Of a DNA stretch of 64,000 nucleotides, positions 43,838 to 52,189 are shown in pieces (position 1 is the first letter of the stretch; each line of letters opens with the position of its first letter). The stretch is from an uncultured Acidobacteriaceae bacterium (GTDB taxonomy: Bacteria; Acidobacteriota; Terriglobia; Terriglobales; Acidobacteriaceae): contig CAVVFP010000004.1 in NCBI GenBank assembly GCA_963747615.1, forward strand, positions 4,841 to 68,840. The letters are read 5' to 3'. The notes beneath the pieces are model-generated. The model had not been told where the DNA came from. It did not search any database and saw nothing but the letters and a program-made list of their open reading frames with translations. The position numbers and the translations under genes are program-made.

Positions 43838-43961
43838 GCCCCGTCTTGTCGCGCCTTTTGCGACAGGGCGGGGAATTTGGTTTCCTTGAAGCGGTGAGTG
43901 CAGCCTGAAGTCAAAATCCCCGTCCTGTCCCTGCAAAGAACGCAGGGACAAGGACGGGGCA
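43838..43961. repeat. two inverted copies of the CCCCGTC...GACGGGG hairpin repeat
   Basis: GCCCCGTCTTGTCGCGCCTTTTGCGACAGGGCGGGGAATTTGG (43838-43880) and TCAAAATCCCCGTCCTGTCCCTGCAAAGAACGCAGGGACAAGGACGGGGC (43911-43961, reverse orientation). Same family as 32871-32920. Confidence 0.8.
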
Positions 43962-44092
43962 CCCGTCAGATTCGGACGGGTTCGAGGAGCAGAACAAGGC
44001 AGGTTCCTCACCGGGCTTGGCGTCCGGTTCGGAATGACGTCTCTTAGTTAAGCATTTTCCTTCGGCGGCTGAGGCCTGTTGATTTAATGGGG

Positions 44093-44210
44093 GGCTTTAC
44101 GGCGCGGCTGAAAGCCGCGCCCTTTCAAAACTCTGCTCTTGCGGCACGGCTGAAGCCGGGCTCGTATTGTGTGTGGCTTTACGCGGCGCTGGAAGCGCCG
44201 CTCTTCCAAC
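44093..44210. repeat. REP-like array (three GC hairpins)
   Basis: GGCTTTACGGCGCGGCTGAAAGCCGCGCCCTTTCAAAA (44093-44130), GCGGCACGGCTGAAGCCGGGCTCG (44141-44164), GGCTTTACGCGGCGCTGGAAGCGCCGCTCTTCCAA (44175-44209). Confidence 0.8.
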
Positions 44211-44373
44211 TTCACTGGACGCATTGGTGAGTTTTTCGGCAACCTCTGGAAGCCGAGATCTTTCCCGGTCAAGCTCAAAGTCAAGGTCAAAGGCAAGCGG
44301 GCAGGAGTGCTCGCTCCATGCGATTGCGATCATAGATATACTTCTTGTGCGACGTGGATTCAGGCGAGGCATG

Positions 44374-44457
44374 GCCGGGATGGCGAAATTGGCAGACGCA
44401 GCGGACTTAAAATCCGCAGGTCCGAAAGGACTGTGGGGGTTCGACCTCCCGGCACCA
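44374..44457 (+). tRNA. tRNA-Leu (anticodon UAA), T-arm about 5 nt short
   Basis: Acceptor GCCGGGA/TCCCGGC. D-arm GCG-AAATTGGCAGA-CGC. Anticodon stem GCGGA/TCCGC with loop CTTAAAA. Long variable arm GGTCC-GAAA-GGACT. Encoded ACCA. After GGGGGTTCGA only CC precedes the acceptor 3' strand, where xxCCCCC is expected. Confidence 0.7.
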
Positions 44458-44487
44458 GTAAAGCCCGCTATTTTCGCGGCTATTCCG

Positions 44488-45465
44488 TTAGAAGTGCAAA
44501 TTCAGTTTCATATCGGCCGGAATCGCTACTACTGCAGTTTCTCCCTGTGGCGTGGTCGCATCATCGACGTCTTCGGCGCCCAAGCAGCCCGTCATCGACG
44601 TGAGAGTCCATGGGCTCGTGATCTGCTCAAGCCATTCATACGTCTGCGACGCTGAATTGTTGATGCCGTTGTCACACACCCAGCCGGAAATTGCCATGTG
44701 CGGAAAATAATTCTGCGCCCCTATCGAAACGATGCTCATGGCTTTCCACGCCGCGTCCGAAGCTCCAGAGGTAAACCCCGTCCCGGCGCAGGTGGGGTCT
44801 CCCGTCCAGGCCTGCATGTCGGCCTCGGTATTGTTTTCGTTATAGTTCAGCAAATCCGTCCACGAACTGCCATTCGTTGGTACAACCAGGAGATGCGCCG
44901 GCCTCGGCACCTCGCATCCCAGTTCGATGTCGGAAAACGATGGACCGGAGGTCAACTCCAACACCTGCGGCGCCAATCCATACCACGCAACCGCATACCC
45001 CACGGCTCCGGCCCCCGCGCTCCCCGCGTGGATTCCAAACGGAAGACTCGGAGTCGCCGTCTGCATGTAGCTCAGCAAGGTTGCCACCCGGCACGCCGCA
45101 TTTTTCAAGTTTGCTGTCTCTCCCGTCGCTTCCCATGCCGTCGCAAACTCTATCTGCTCGATCGCGAACCCATCCGCCAGATAAGTTCCCAGGTAGTGCG
45201 ACCCGCCTGGAGTCAGGTCTTCCGCTCCATTCACCAGCGCTACCACTCCCAGCTTGGTTCCCGCCGGTCCTTTGTAACTGTAGGTGGCTTGAATATCCGC
45301 CACGTTGGGGCAGGATACCGTCACTTGGGTGCATACTGAGTGAGGGAAGAAGTTGGTGGTGCAAATGACGCTGGTGGGATTCGTAACGGTGCCCAGAGGA
45401 AGCGTCTGAGCCGCGCAGATTACAGCTTCTGCAAGAAGCAAACAAATACTAATAAGGGTTTTCAC
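44488..45465 (-). CDS. secreted hypothetical protein, possible alpha/beta-hydrolase (GxSxG-like HAGSAG)
   Basis: 325 aa. GTG start preceded by GGGAGG. Signal peptide MKTLISICLLLAEAVICAAQ. FGIHAGSAGAGAVGY resembles a nucleophile elbow. Several Cys pairs. Confidence 0.55.
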   Translation of the reverse strand: MKTLISICLLLAEAVICAAQTLPLGTVTNPTSVICTTNFFPHSVCTQVTVSCPNVADIQATYSYKGPAGTKLGVVALVNGAEDLTPGGSHYLGTYLADGFAIEQIEFATAWEATGETANLKNAACRVATLLSYMQTATPSLPFGIHAGSAGAGAVGYAVAWYGLAPQVLELTSGPSFSDIELGCEVPRPAHLLVVPTNGSSWTDLLNYNENNTEADMQAWTGDPTCAGTGFTSGASDAAWKAMSIVSIGAQNYFPHMAISGWVCDNGINNSASQTYEWLEQITSPWTLTSMTGCLGAEDVDDATTPQGETAVVAIPADMKLNLHF

Positions 45466-45715
45466 GATTCCTCCCGCGCTCGGTAACTTCGCGGGTGATC
45501 CCAGTTTCGCGGACCGGTCCCAAGGCAGGACTTAGGAATTCCAATCAGGACGGCTTTGGTGAAAACGAGAGGTCCACATCGTTGGGATTGGGCAGGCCTG
45601 CGGTGCGAATAATCTGCGTAGCGAAACTGTGCTGCGTACGGCCACCGCATAAATAATAGTCGCGACCTTGCAACAACATTCGCAACGCAAGGTTCGTGTT
45701 AGGCGGCGACGCCAG

Positions 45716-45738
45716 CTCCGGAGGCGATGCCTCCGGAG
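45716..45738 (-). terminator. 10-bp perfect stem-loop downstream of 45765..46544
   Basis: CTCCGGAGGC-gat-GCCTCCGGAG, 27 nt after the stop of the minus-strand gene. There is no clear U-tract, so terminator function is tentative. Confidence 0.35.
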
Positions 45739-45764
45739 CCGGACAAGCGCCGGTTAGTGATGAG

Positions 45765-46544
45765 TTAGTCGGTTGTGCCGGTGCCAATTACGCCGAACGA
45801 AAACGCCTGGCAACCGGTGCTCGATACTTCGCACGCATTCGCGTAGTCGAAGCCGAAATACGACGAGTTGAAGTACGCCTGCGATGCGGGCTCAAGCGGA
45901 CCGTAGCGATTCAGCCCGAAGGTGTTGTCAAAGTAATACTGAGCAATGGAGCAATCGCTATTGCCAGCATCTGTGCACTGCGGAGTGATGTTGACCCAGT
46001 ACTGGCCGGCACTCAGCACGGTTGGGGTAATCCTGACCTTGAGGGTGTATTCGGTGAAACCGAATGGGAAGCGGCCCGTCGGAACAAAGCTGGTGCCAGT
46101 GGTGGTAGAGGTACCCCAAGCGACCGTGGTTCCACCACTGCCTTCGCTAACGCCAGAAGCGATCGTCCAGCTCGAGGTGCTCGGATCGAGTCCATTGTAG
46201 CCATCGGTGATGGTGTTGATGAACAAGCCTTGCACAGTCCAGGTCTGGCCGGCCGGAACTACGAAGGGTGCCCAAGTTGTGGTGTCCGCGACGAGAAGAG
46301 TGTTCTCGTTGGCGAAACCGTTGGCTGCGACTGAGTCGGGGTTGTTGTCGCCACCGTAGAACAAACAGACTGGTACGCAGTAAGACGGTGGGAACAGGGC
46401 TGGTTTGCCTGTGGGGAACGTACCTTTTATCGGTCCTTTGCTTTTGACCAATGCGGATGTGCCCTTGGTTCTGGCATTCTGGGCCAATGCGGATACGGCA
46501 AACAGCGATCCAAGCAGTGCAATCGCGCAGAGCGTTTTTTTCAC
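45765..46544 (-). CDS. secreted hypothetical protein
   Basis: GTG 46544, 6 nt after AGGAGG. Signal peptide (V)KKTLCAIALLGSLFAVSALAQ. Gly/Thr/Ser-rich beta-type body with conserved Cys. No family recognised. Confidence 0.65.
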   Translation of the reverse strand: MKKTLCAIALLGSLFAVSALAQNARTKGTSALVKSKGPIKGTFPTGKPALFPPSYCVPVCLFYGGDNNPDSVAANGFANENTLLVADTTTWAPFVVPAGQTWTVQGLFINTITDGYNGLDPSTSSWTIASGVSEGSGGTTVAWGTSTTTGTSFVPTGRFPFGFTEYTLKVRITPTVLSAGQYWVNITPQCTDAGNSDCSIAQYYFDNTFGLNRYGPLEPASQAYFNSSYFGFDYANACEVSSTGCQAFSFGVIGTGTTD

Positions 46545-47201
46545 TGTGTTCCTCCTGAGTTTTTTTACTGAATTGTTAAGAGAAGCGGTTTGGCAGATTG
46601 TGCTTCGCATCATCTTCGTGGAGAATGCAAATGCACACGGGTGAGAATCCTAACGCTCTTGCGGGGAATGTCAAGCGAAATCGCTTGCTGGGTGCGGGAA
46701 TTCGAGCAGTCGAGCCTTTCCAGTAAAAAAGTATGCAAGATTCTTCACACTTCATCGAGCTCGCAGTTCGGTGAACTCACCCCGATCTCGATCGGTCCTT
46801 GAAATTCGGAAAGTTCTCTGTGGGCAAGCTGGAGAAATACTGTGGAAGCGCTCGAGGTCTGCGCGAACAGCGTGGCCTCTCTGCTGTTGCTGATCAGCTG
46901 CATCAGGTCTTAAGCGAGATGTGCGCCCAAGGGCAGCGGCCACCGCTTGCTGCGGCGACTTCGTCGGACGGCTCGCAGCGAACGCCTCACGCTAAGCCGC
47001 TTGAACAAGAGGTGCTTGTGTCGCCGAAAGCAAATCCGACGGATTGGCACTTCTGGAGCCGAGTCGAGGAGTGCGAAAGGGGGGTGAGGGCCACCTGTCA
47101 TTTTTGTCAGTGTTCAGGGCAGGACGGGTGGCGTAGTATTTAACGTCGGAGTCGCTTCTAGGATCGCCTGCGAGAGTGTGCGTCGCGGCGACTTATCGTG
47201 G

Positions 47202-47257
47202 TTGACTCGTTGCGTTTGAGTTATTGCGTTTGACTTGTTGCACTTGACTTATTGCAC
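47202..47257 (+). repeat. 4 x 14-nt exact-period tandem array (TTGACTy rTTGCrC) upstream of the OmpA-like gene
   Basis: TTGACTCGTTGCGT / TTGAGTTATTGCGT / TTGACTTGTTGCAC / TTGACTTATTGCAC. A fifth degenerate unit GACTTATCGTG lies at 47190-47200. The array ends 61 nt before ATG 47319. Confidence 0.85.
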
Positions 47258-47318
47258 TTTACCCAGGGACAGGTTCTGTTGATTTTCGGCTTAATTTCGA
47301 TTCGAGAGGGAGAAGGAA

Positions 47319-48965
47319 ATGCGTAAGATCTCCGTACTAGCGCTGCTGTTGTTGCTGTCTGCCGGCTTGGCCGTGGCACAGGACACGTTCCCGAAGGTGG
47401 AAACATCGCCGGCCTTCATGTATATCCGCACCCCTGTATCTTTCACGGTGCCGGCAAACTCTCCGGTGGCCCCGGGGGCATCCTTTAATGAAAGCTTTAA
47501 CTGCGCCGGTGGCGGGGGCACGATCGCCTTGAACCTGAGCAAAGTCTTCGGGCTCGCGGCCGACCTGGGGGGCTGCAAATATTTTGGCCAAAACTTTCCC
47601 GCCTTGAGCGAAAAGCTGAGCGGGAGTGACTTTACTTATATGTTCGGGCCCCGGCTGACCTGGCGAAACAAGAGCGCCTTCCGGCCCTTTGCCGAAGTGA
47701 ACTTTGGCGGGAATCGCTTCAGTCTCAGCTGCAATAACAATACCGCGTGCAGCGGCACTTCCTATTCCAAGAATGCTTTTGCTCTGACGGCGGGCGGAGG
47801 TTTTGACGTCAGGCTATCCCAGAAGTTTGCCCTGCGCCTGGTTCAGGCGGAATATCTCTACACCCGCTTCGGCAATAATTGCAATCTGGCGCTGTGCAGC
47901 AACAATAACAATCAAAACAGCTTTCGCTTGAAGAGTGGAATCGTCGTTGGGTGGGGCGGAGCTGCTCCGGTGGTGCCTGCGGCGAGCTGCTCGGTGCAGC
48001 CGACGGAAGTGATGGTGGGCGAGCCTCTGACGGCGAGCGTCAGCGCCCGGAACTTCAACCCCAAGCACACGGTCGCTTATGCCTGGACGAGCAATGGCGG
48101 CCAGGTATCGGGGAAGAATACATCGGCGCAGATCGACACCACGGGGGCAGCCCCTGGCAGTTACACGGTCAGCGCGCGAGTGACCGATCCCAAGGAGAAG
48201 AAGAACAATGTGGCGAGTTGCTCGGCCAGCTACACGGTGAAGCCGTTGCCGCCGAAAAACCCGCCCACGATGAGTTGCACGGCCAGTCCGGGGAGCGTGC
48301 AGGCGGGAGCGAGTGTAAGCGTGACTTGCAGCTGCAGCAGCCCGGATGGGGTTTCCGTGTCGGTATCGAGCTGGACGGCCAGCGGAGGAACAATTTCCGG
48401 CAGCGGCAATACGGCGACGCTGAATACTGGCGGAGCATCGCCCGGTACGATTTCGATCGGTGCTACCTGTACGGACTCGCGGGGTTTGACGGGTCAGGCA
48501 TCGACCCAAACGACGGTGGAAAATGCGCCGCCACCGCCGCCGAAGGCAACCAAGCTGAGCCAGTGCGACTTCCCGAATGAGAAGAAGCCGTGGCGCGTGG
48601 ACAACACCTGCAAGGCGATTTTGGATGACGTAGCCAAGAACCTGCAGCAGAACCCGGACAGCAAACTGGTGATCGTCGGCAACGCCGATCCTGGTGAGAC
48701 GCGCAAGAATCTGGCGGGGGAACGCGCTGTGGATTCGAAGTTCTATCTCACGGAGGGCGAAGCGCAGCAGCACATTGACCCGAGCCGCATCGAAGTGCGC
48801 ACCGGCAGCGGTGGCACCAAGACGGCCGAGTACTGGATCGTGCCTGCGGGCGCGACCTTCGACTCGACCGGCACCCAACCCGTGGATGAATCCCAGGTGC
48901 CAGCGGTTCCGGATCATCCCAAGCCGGGGGCCAAGAAGAAAGCCGCCGCCATGAAGATGCAGTAG
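47319..48965 (+). CDS. OmpA-family outer-membrane protein (N-terminal beta-barrel, two Ig-like repeats, C-terminal OmpA domain)
   Basis: 548 aa. Signal MRKISVLALLLLLSAGLAVAQ. Barrel-like alternating segments. Repeats CSVQPTEVMVGEPLTASV... / MSCTASPGSVQAGASVSV... The C-terminus is NTCKAILDDVAKNLQQNPDSKLVIVGNADPGE...NLAGERAVDSKFYL. Confidence 0.85.
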   Translation: MRKISVLALLLLLSAGLAVAQDTFPKVETSPAFMYIRTPVSFTVPANSPVAPGASFNESFNCAGGGGTIALNLSKVFGLAADLGGCKYFGQNFPALSEKLSGSDFTYMFGPRLTWRNKSAFRPFAEVNFGGNRFSLSCNNNTACSGTSYSKNAFALTAGGGFDVRLSQKFALRLVQAEYLYTRFGNNCNLALCSNNNNQNSFRLKSGIVVGWGGAAPVVPAASCSVQPTEVMVGEPLTASVSARNFNPKHTVAYAWTSNGGQVSGKNTSAQIDTTGAAPGSYTVSARVTDPKEKKNNVASCSASYTVKPLPPKNPPTMSCTASPGSVQAGASVSVTCSCSSPDGVSVSVSSWTASGGTISGSGNTATLNTGGASPGTISIGATCTDSRGLTGQASTQTTVENAPPPPPKATKLSQCDFPNEKKPWRVDNTCKAILDDVAKNLQQNPDSKLVIVGNADPGETRKNLAGERAVDSKFYLTEGEAQQHIDPSRIEVRTGSGGTKTAEYWIVPAGATFDSTGTQPVDESQVPAVPDHPKPGAKKKAAAMKMQ

Positions 48966-49096
48966 CTGCTGAACGAGACGGAAAGGGGCCGCCGGAGATC
49001 GAAGAAGTGCAGCATTGACTCCTTCGTTTTCGGCGGCGTTTCATTAGTAATGGTAGGCCAGCTTGGCGCCACGCAGCGATCACACACACGGGCACG

Positions 49097-51337
49097 CTAG
49101 AAGACACGCCCCAGAGCGAAGAACCAGGTGGCGTGTCCCGTGTCTCCGACGCTTCCGCCCATGAACACGGGCCCGAGAGCGGTCCGCGCAATCACCCCGG
49201 CGACGCCGTCGCTAGGAAGCTTGCTAACGCCCGGAGCGTCGTACATTTTTCCAACCTCACCGAATGCGACGGCGTAGAGGCCGTTCCCTAGAAAGGGCGG
49301 CAGAGTCAATAGTCTGTGCAGGTATCCGGCGTGGAAGAGGAAATACTGATCTCCGCGAATTTCGTTCGGGCCATAAGCAAATAATCCCGCTGTCCCTCCG
49401 AGGAAGTATTGGGGGATGCCGGTGCGGTCGTAGCCAAGAGTGGACCCACCCTGAGCGGACAGGAAGATAGAAGATGGCGCGGAGATGGTTTTGAAAAACT
49501 CGGTTTTCAGCTCCAGATTTGGAAATGCTGCGGGCGCCCCCGGGCTGGTATTCATCCAGTGGAAGGTCAGATCTCCCAAGTAACCCTGGCGTGGAATAAT
49601 CGCATCGTCGAGGTGGTCGGTGGCGAAGCGAAACCGCGAAGCCTCGACTTGCCCCTTGACCGAAGGGAATTGCGCGGCGCCTAACTTCAGGTGCGCATCC
49701 AGGTAGCCGATTTCGTAGCCCGCGCGGACCTCGCTGAACCGGCTGAGCGCGTAGCCGATGTCAATTCCCGTTCCGGCCCGCCCGATGCGGTAATCCGCTT
49801 GAGGGTCGCCGTTGGAATAAATCCACTGCGCGGAGTCGCTTGCACTCACCCGTGGGGCGAAGAACCAGCGGGAAGTCTGGCTGAATGGTTTGTAGAACTC
49901 GGTGGCGATCGCGTAGGTGTTGCCTAGCGAAAAATCTGTGCGCAATTCCGATCCATATCCTGCGAAGTCGAGGAAGGTCAGACGTCCTCCCGCAGTGAAG
50001 GTGACGTTGTCGGGTTCCTCGCCGTCCACTACAAAGGCGGGTTGCAGAACAGGCGGGGCATAAGTCTTCTCGCGGACGGTCACCAATAGGCCGACTTGGC
50101 CGTCATCCTGGGTCAGGCCGTAGGAAGCGCTTTCGAATCTGCCTATACCGGTCAAGCGGGTCAAATAGGCGTCGAGCTTTGGAGTGTCGATCGGCTTGCC
50201 GACCAGAGGCTGGAGAAATTTCTTGATCTTTTGTTGAGCATCAGGGCTGGTCCCCTGCACTTGTACAAATTGTGGTATGACCGCGGCAGCTCTCTTGCGC
50301 GCCTCGCGCTGCGCCAGATATTGGTTCCATGCGGCCTGATCGAGAGCATAGGGCAGCAGGATTTTGGCCTTCGCCTCCGCGGCTTCCATCCCTTTCTGAA
50401 TAAGTTCTTCCGCCTTCTTGAACTCCAGGCTGGTGAATTTCTGAAGATCCACTTTGACGACGATGTCCGCCTCCTCCATGCCCCGAAGCTCCGTTCCCGC
50501 GGTGCCGACGGTGATCGACTGGCCGAGGACACTGAAGAGAGAGTGGATTTCATCCGCCGTTGCGGGAGCGACCTGAAGATGAATTGCGATAACTACGTCG
50601 GGCCCCATCTGGCGCACTAGATCTGTAGGCAGGTTGTCGACTAACGCACCATCCACGTACACGCGGTCTCCGTCGCGGATGGGAGCGAAAATTCCCGGCA
50701 AGGACATGGAAGAGCGCATAGCGAAACCAATCGGACCGCTGGAGAAGACGTGCGCCTTTTCGGAAATCAGCTCGGTGGAAACGCAACGGAACGGGATAGG
50801 AAGGTCGTCGAAGGATTTCACGGACGAGTAGGCCAGGGTTTCGCGGTCAATGATGAGGCCGATTTGATGTCCCGAACTCAATCCGGATGGGAGCGTCGTC
50901 CCGTGTTTGAAACCAATGACCAGGTTATTTTGAATTGCGCGGGCGTCCTCCTTGCGGCGGAAGGAGAGATCTTCGAAGGGGGTTGCGCCCCCAATCACAA
51001 GCGGCCAATCTATTTCTTTGACTAGCTGCTCGAGTTCATCGGGGCTCTTGCCGGTTGCGTACATGCCACCCACAAGGGCGCCCATGCTGTTGCCCGAGAG
51101 ATAGTCGATGGGAATGCGATGCTGCTCAAACCATCTGAGCACTCCGATGTGGGCGAGTCCGAGCGCGCCTCCGCCTTCGAGCGCTACCCCGATCGTCAGA
51201 CGTTTGGGAGGCAGCGATTCGCTCTGGCCGGCGGCGATGAGCGGACACAGGATTACAACGAAGAGAACGAGCACGATCGTAAACAGTCGGGGATAAGCAT
51301 GCTGGCTCCTGCTGTCGAACGAACAAATGAAGTTCAT
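49097..51337 (-). CDS. patatin-like phospholipase fused to an Omp85-type beta-barrel (PlpD-like, type Vd autotransporter architecture)
   Basis: 746 aa. Signal peptide. Patatin motifs GVALEGGGALGLAHIGV, GNSMG (GxSxG) and DGALVDNLP (catalytic Asp). The C-terminal ~350 aa is beta-barrel-like and ends ...FFALGRVF. Confidence 0.85.
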   Translation of the reverse strand: MNFICSFDSRSQHAYPRLFTIVLVLFVVILCPLIAAGQSESLPPKRLTIGVALEGGGALGLAHIGVLRWFEQHRIPIDYLSGNSMGALVGGMYATGKSPDELEQLVKEIDWPLVIGGATPFEDLSFRRKEDARAIQNNLVIGFKHGTTLPSGLSSGHQIGLIIDRETLAYSSVKSFDDLPIPFRCVSTELISEKAHVFSSGPIGFAMRSSMSLPGIFAPIRDGDRVYVDGALVDNLPTDLVRQMGPDVVIAIHLQVAPATADEIHSLFSVLGQSITVGTAGTELRGMEEADIVVKVDLQKFTSLEFKKAEELIQKGMEAAEAKAKILLPYALDQAAWNQYLAQREARKRAAAVIPQFVQVQGTSPDAQQKIKKFLQPLVGKPIDTPKLDAYLTRLTGIGRFESASYGLTQDDGQVGLLVTVREKTYAPPVLQPAFVVDGEEPDNVTFTAGGRLTFLDFAGYGSELRTDFSLGNTYAIATEFYKPFSQTSRWFFAPRVSASDSAQWIYSNGDPQADYRIGRAGTGIDIGYALSRFSEVRAGYEIGYLDAHLKLGAAQFPSVKGQVEASRFRFATDHLDDAIIPRQGYLGDLTFHWMNTSPGAPAAFPNLELKTEFFKTISAPSSIFLSAQGGSTLGYDRTGIPQYFLGGTAGLFAYGPNEIRGDQYFLFHAGYLHRLLTLPPFLGNGLYAVAFGEVGKMYDAPGVSKLPSDGVAGVIARTALGPVFMGGSVGDTGHATWFFALGRVF

Positions 51338-51549
51338 GAACGACCTCCGATTTCTTCCTCTTTAGGTGGATACGGGCTGCGTGGTCGGAATCGAGTCCCA
51401 CGCGATTCTGTGGGCTTGGCGTCTTGCGCTGCAACTGTTATAGCTGACAGTCCTGGCGGCGTTTGCCGGAATAAATCCAAACTCATGGTCCGTCCGTACT
51501 GGAGGTGAGGGTCAAGAAACCCAATTCTGAAAAATGAGGATAAGGACAA

Positions 51550-52101
51550 ATGAACAAGAAACTTGCAGTTGTGTTGGCCATTGTTGCCATCGGTGTAACG
51601 TCGGCTGTGGCTGGGATGAAGAACCCGGTGGTGGGCGGGCAGGAGATGTATCCGACCAAGAACATCATTGAGAACGCGGTGAACTCCGCCGATCACACGA
51701 CTCTGGTCGCAGCGGTGAAGGCTGCCGGATTAGTCGAAACGCTGGAGGGCCCGGGACCGTTCACAGTATTTGCGCCCACCAACGAAGCTTTCGCCAAGCT
51801 GCCTGCCGGCACCGTAGAGATGCTTTTGAAGCCGGAGAATAAAGCGACGCTGACGAAGGTGCTCACCTATCACGTGGTTTCGGGAAGGTGGAGCGCGGCG
51901 GAGCTGAAGAAGCAGATCAAAGCTGGGAACGGGACGGCGGAACTTGCGACCGTCGAAGGTGGGAAGCTGTGGGCGTCGCTGCGTGACGGGCAGATAGCGT
52001 TGAAAGACGAGAAGGGCGATATGGCGACGGTGACCATCGCCAACGTGTTTCAATCGAATGGGGTGATTCAGGTAATCGACACCGTGCTCATGCCCAATTA
52101 A
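51550..52101 (+). CDS. fasciclin (FAS1) domain protein
   Basis: 183 aa. Signal peptide. HTTLVAAVKAAGLVETLEGPGPFTVFAPTNEAFAKLPAGTVEMLL...LTYHVV...VIQVIDTVLMP. Confidence 0.85.
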   Translation: MNKKLAVVLAIVAIGVTSAVAGMKNPVVGGQEMYPTKNIIENAVNSADHTTLVAAVKAAGLVETLEGPGPFTVFAPTNEAFAKLPAGTVEMLLKPENKATLTKVLTYHVVSGRWSAAELKKQIKAGNGTAELATVEGGKLWASLRDGQIALKDEKGDMATVTIANVFQSNGVIQVIDTVLMPN

Positions 52102-52126
52102 TGTTTCTTGCGAAAACACAAACGCA

Positions 52127-52154
52127 AAAGGCCGCCTGACAAGAGGCGGCCTTT
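52127..52154. terminator. bidirectional intrinsic terminator between convergent genes
   Basis: Perfect 11-bp stem AAAGGCCGCCT-gacaag-AGGCGGCCTTT. On the minus strand it is followed by TTTTGCGTTTGTGTTTTCG. Confidence 0.8.
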
Positions 52155-52189
52155 GCAATCGCAACGGCTTCCGTTCAACAAACACCTGC

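Noticed and set aside
43594-44655. ORFs of 60-160 aa across 43594-44655, on both strands
   Set aside because: They are translations of the REP-like and hairpin repeats (GRGFQPRR-, PRPCPCVLCRDRTGILT-type peptides) and of the tRNA. There are no start-site signals and no coherent protein features.
44374-46613. A genomic island integrated at tRNA-Leu
   Set aside because: No integrase or recombinase, no direct repeat of the tRNA 3' end found downstream by eye, and the flanking genes are ordinary secreted proteins. Only the repeat-rich upstream spacer is unusual.
46799-47143. A 114-aa ORF (TTG start) and other 60-70-aa ORFs inside the 700-nt spacer before the OmpA-like gene
   Set aside because: No Shine-Dalgarno sequence, atypical composition (Cys/Arg/Gln-rich), and no recognisable motif in any of the six frames. 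Left as non-coding pending transcript data.
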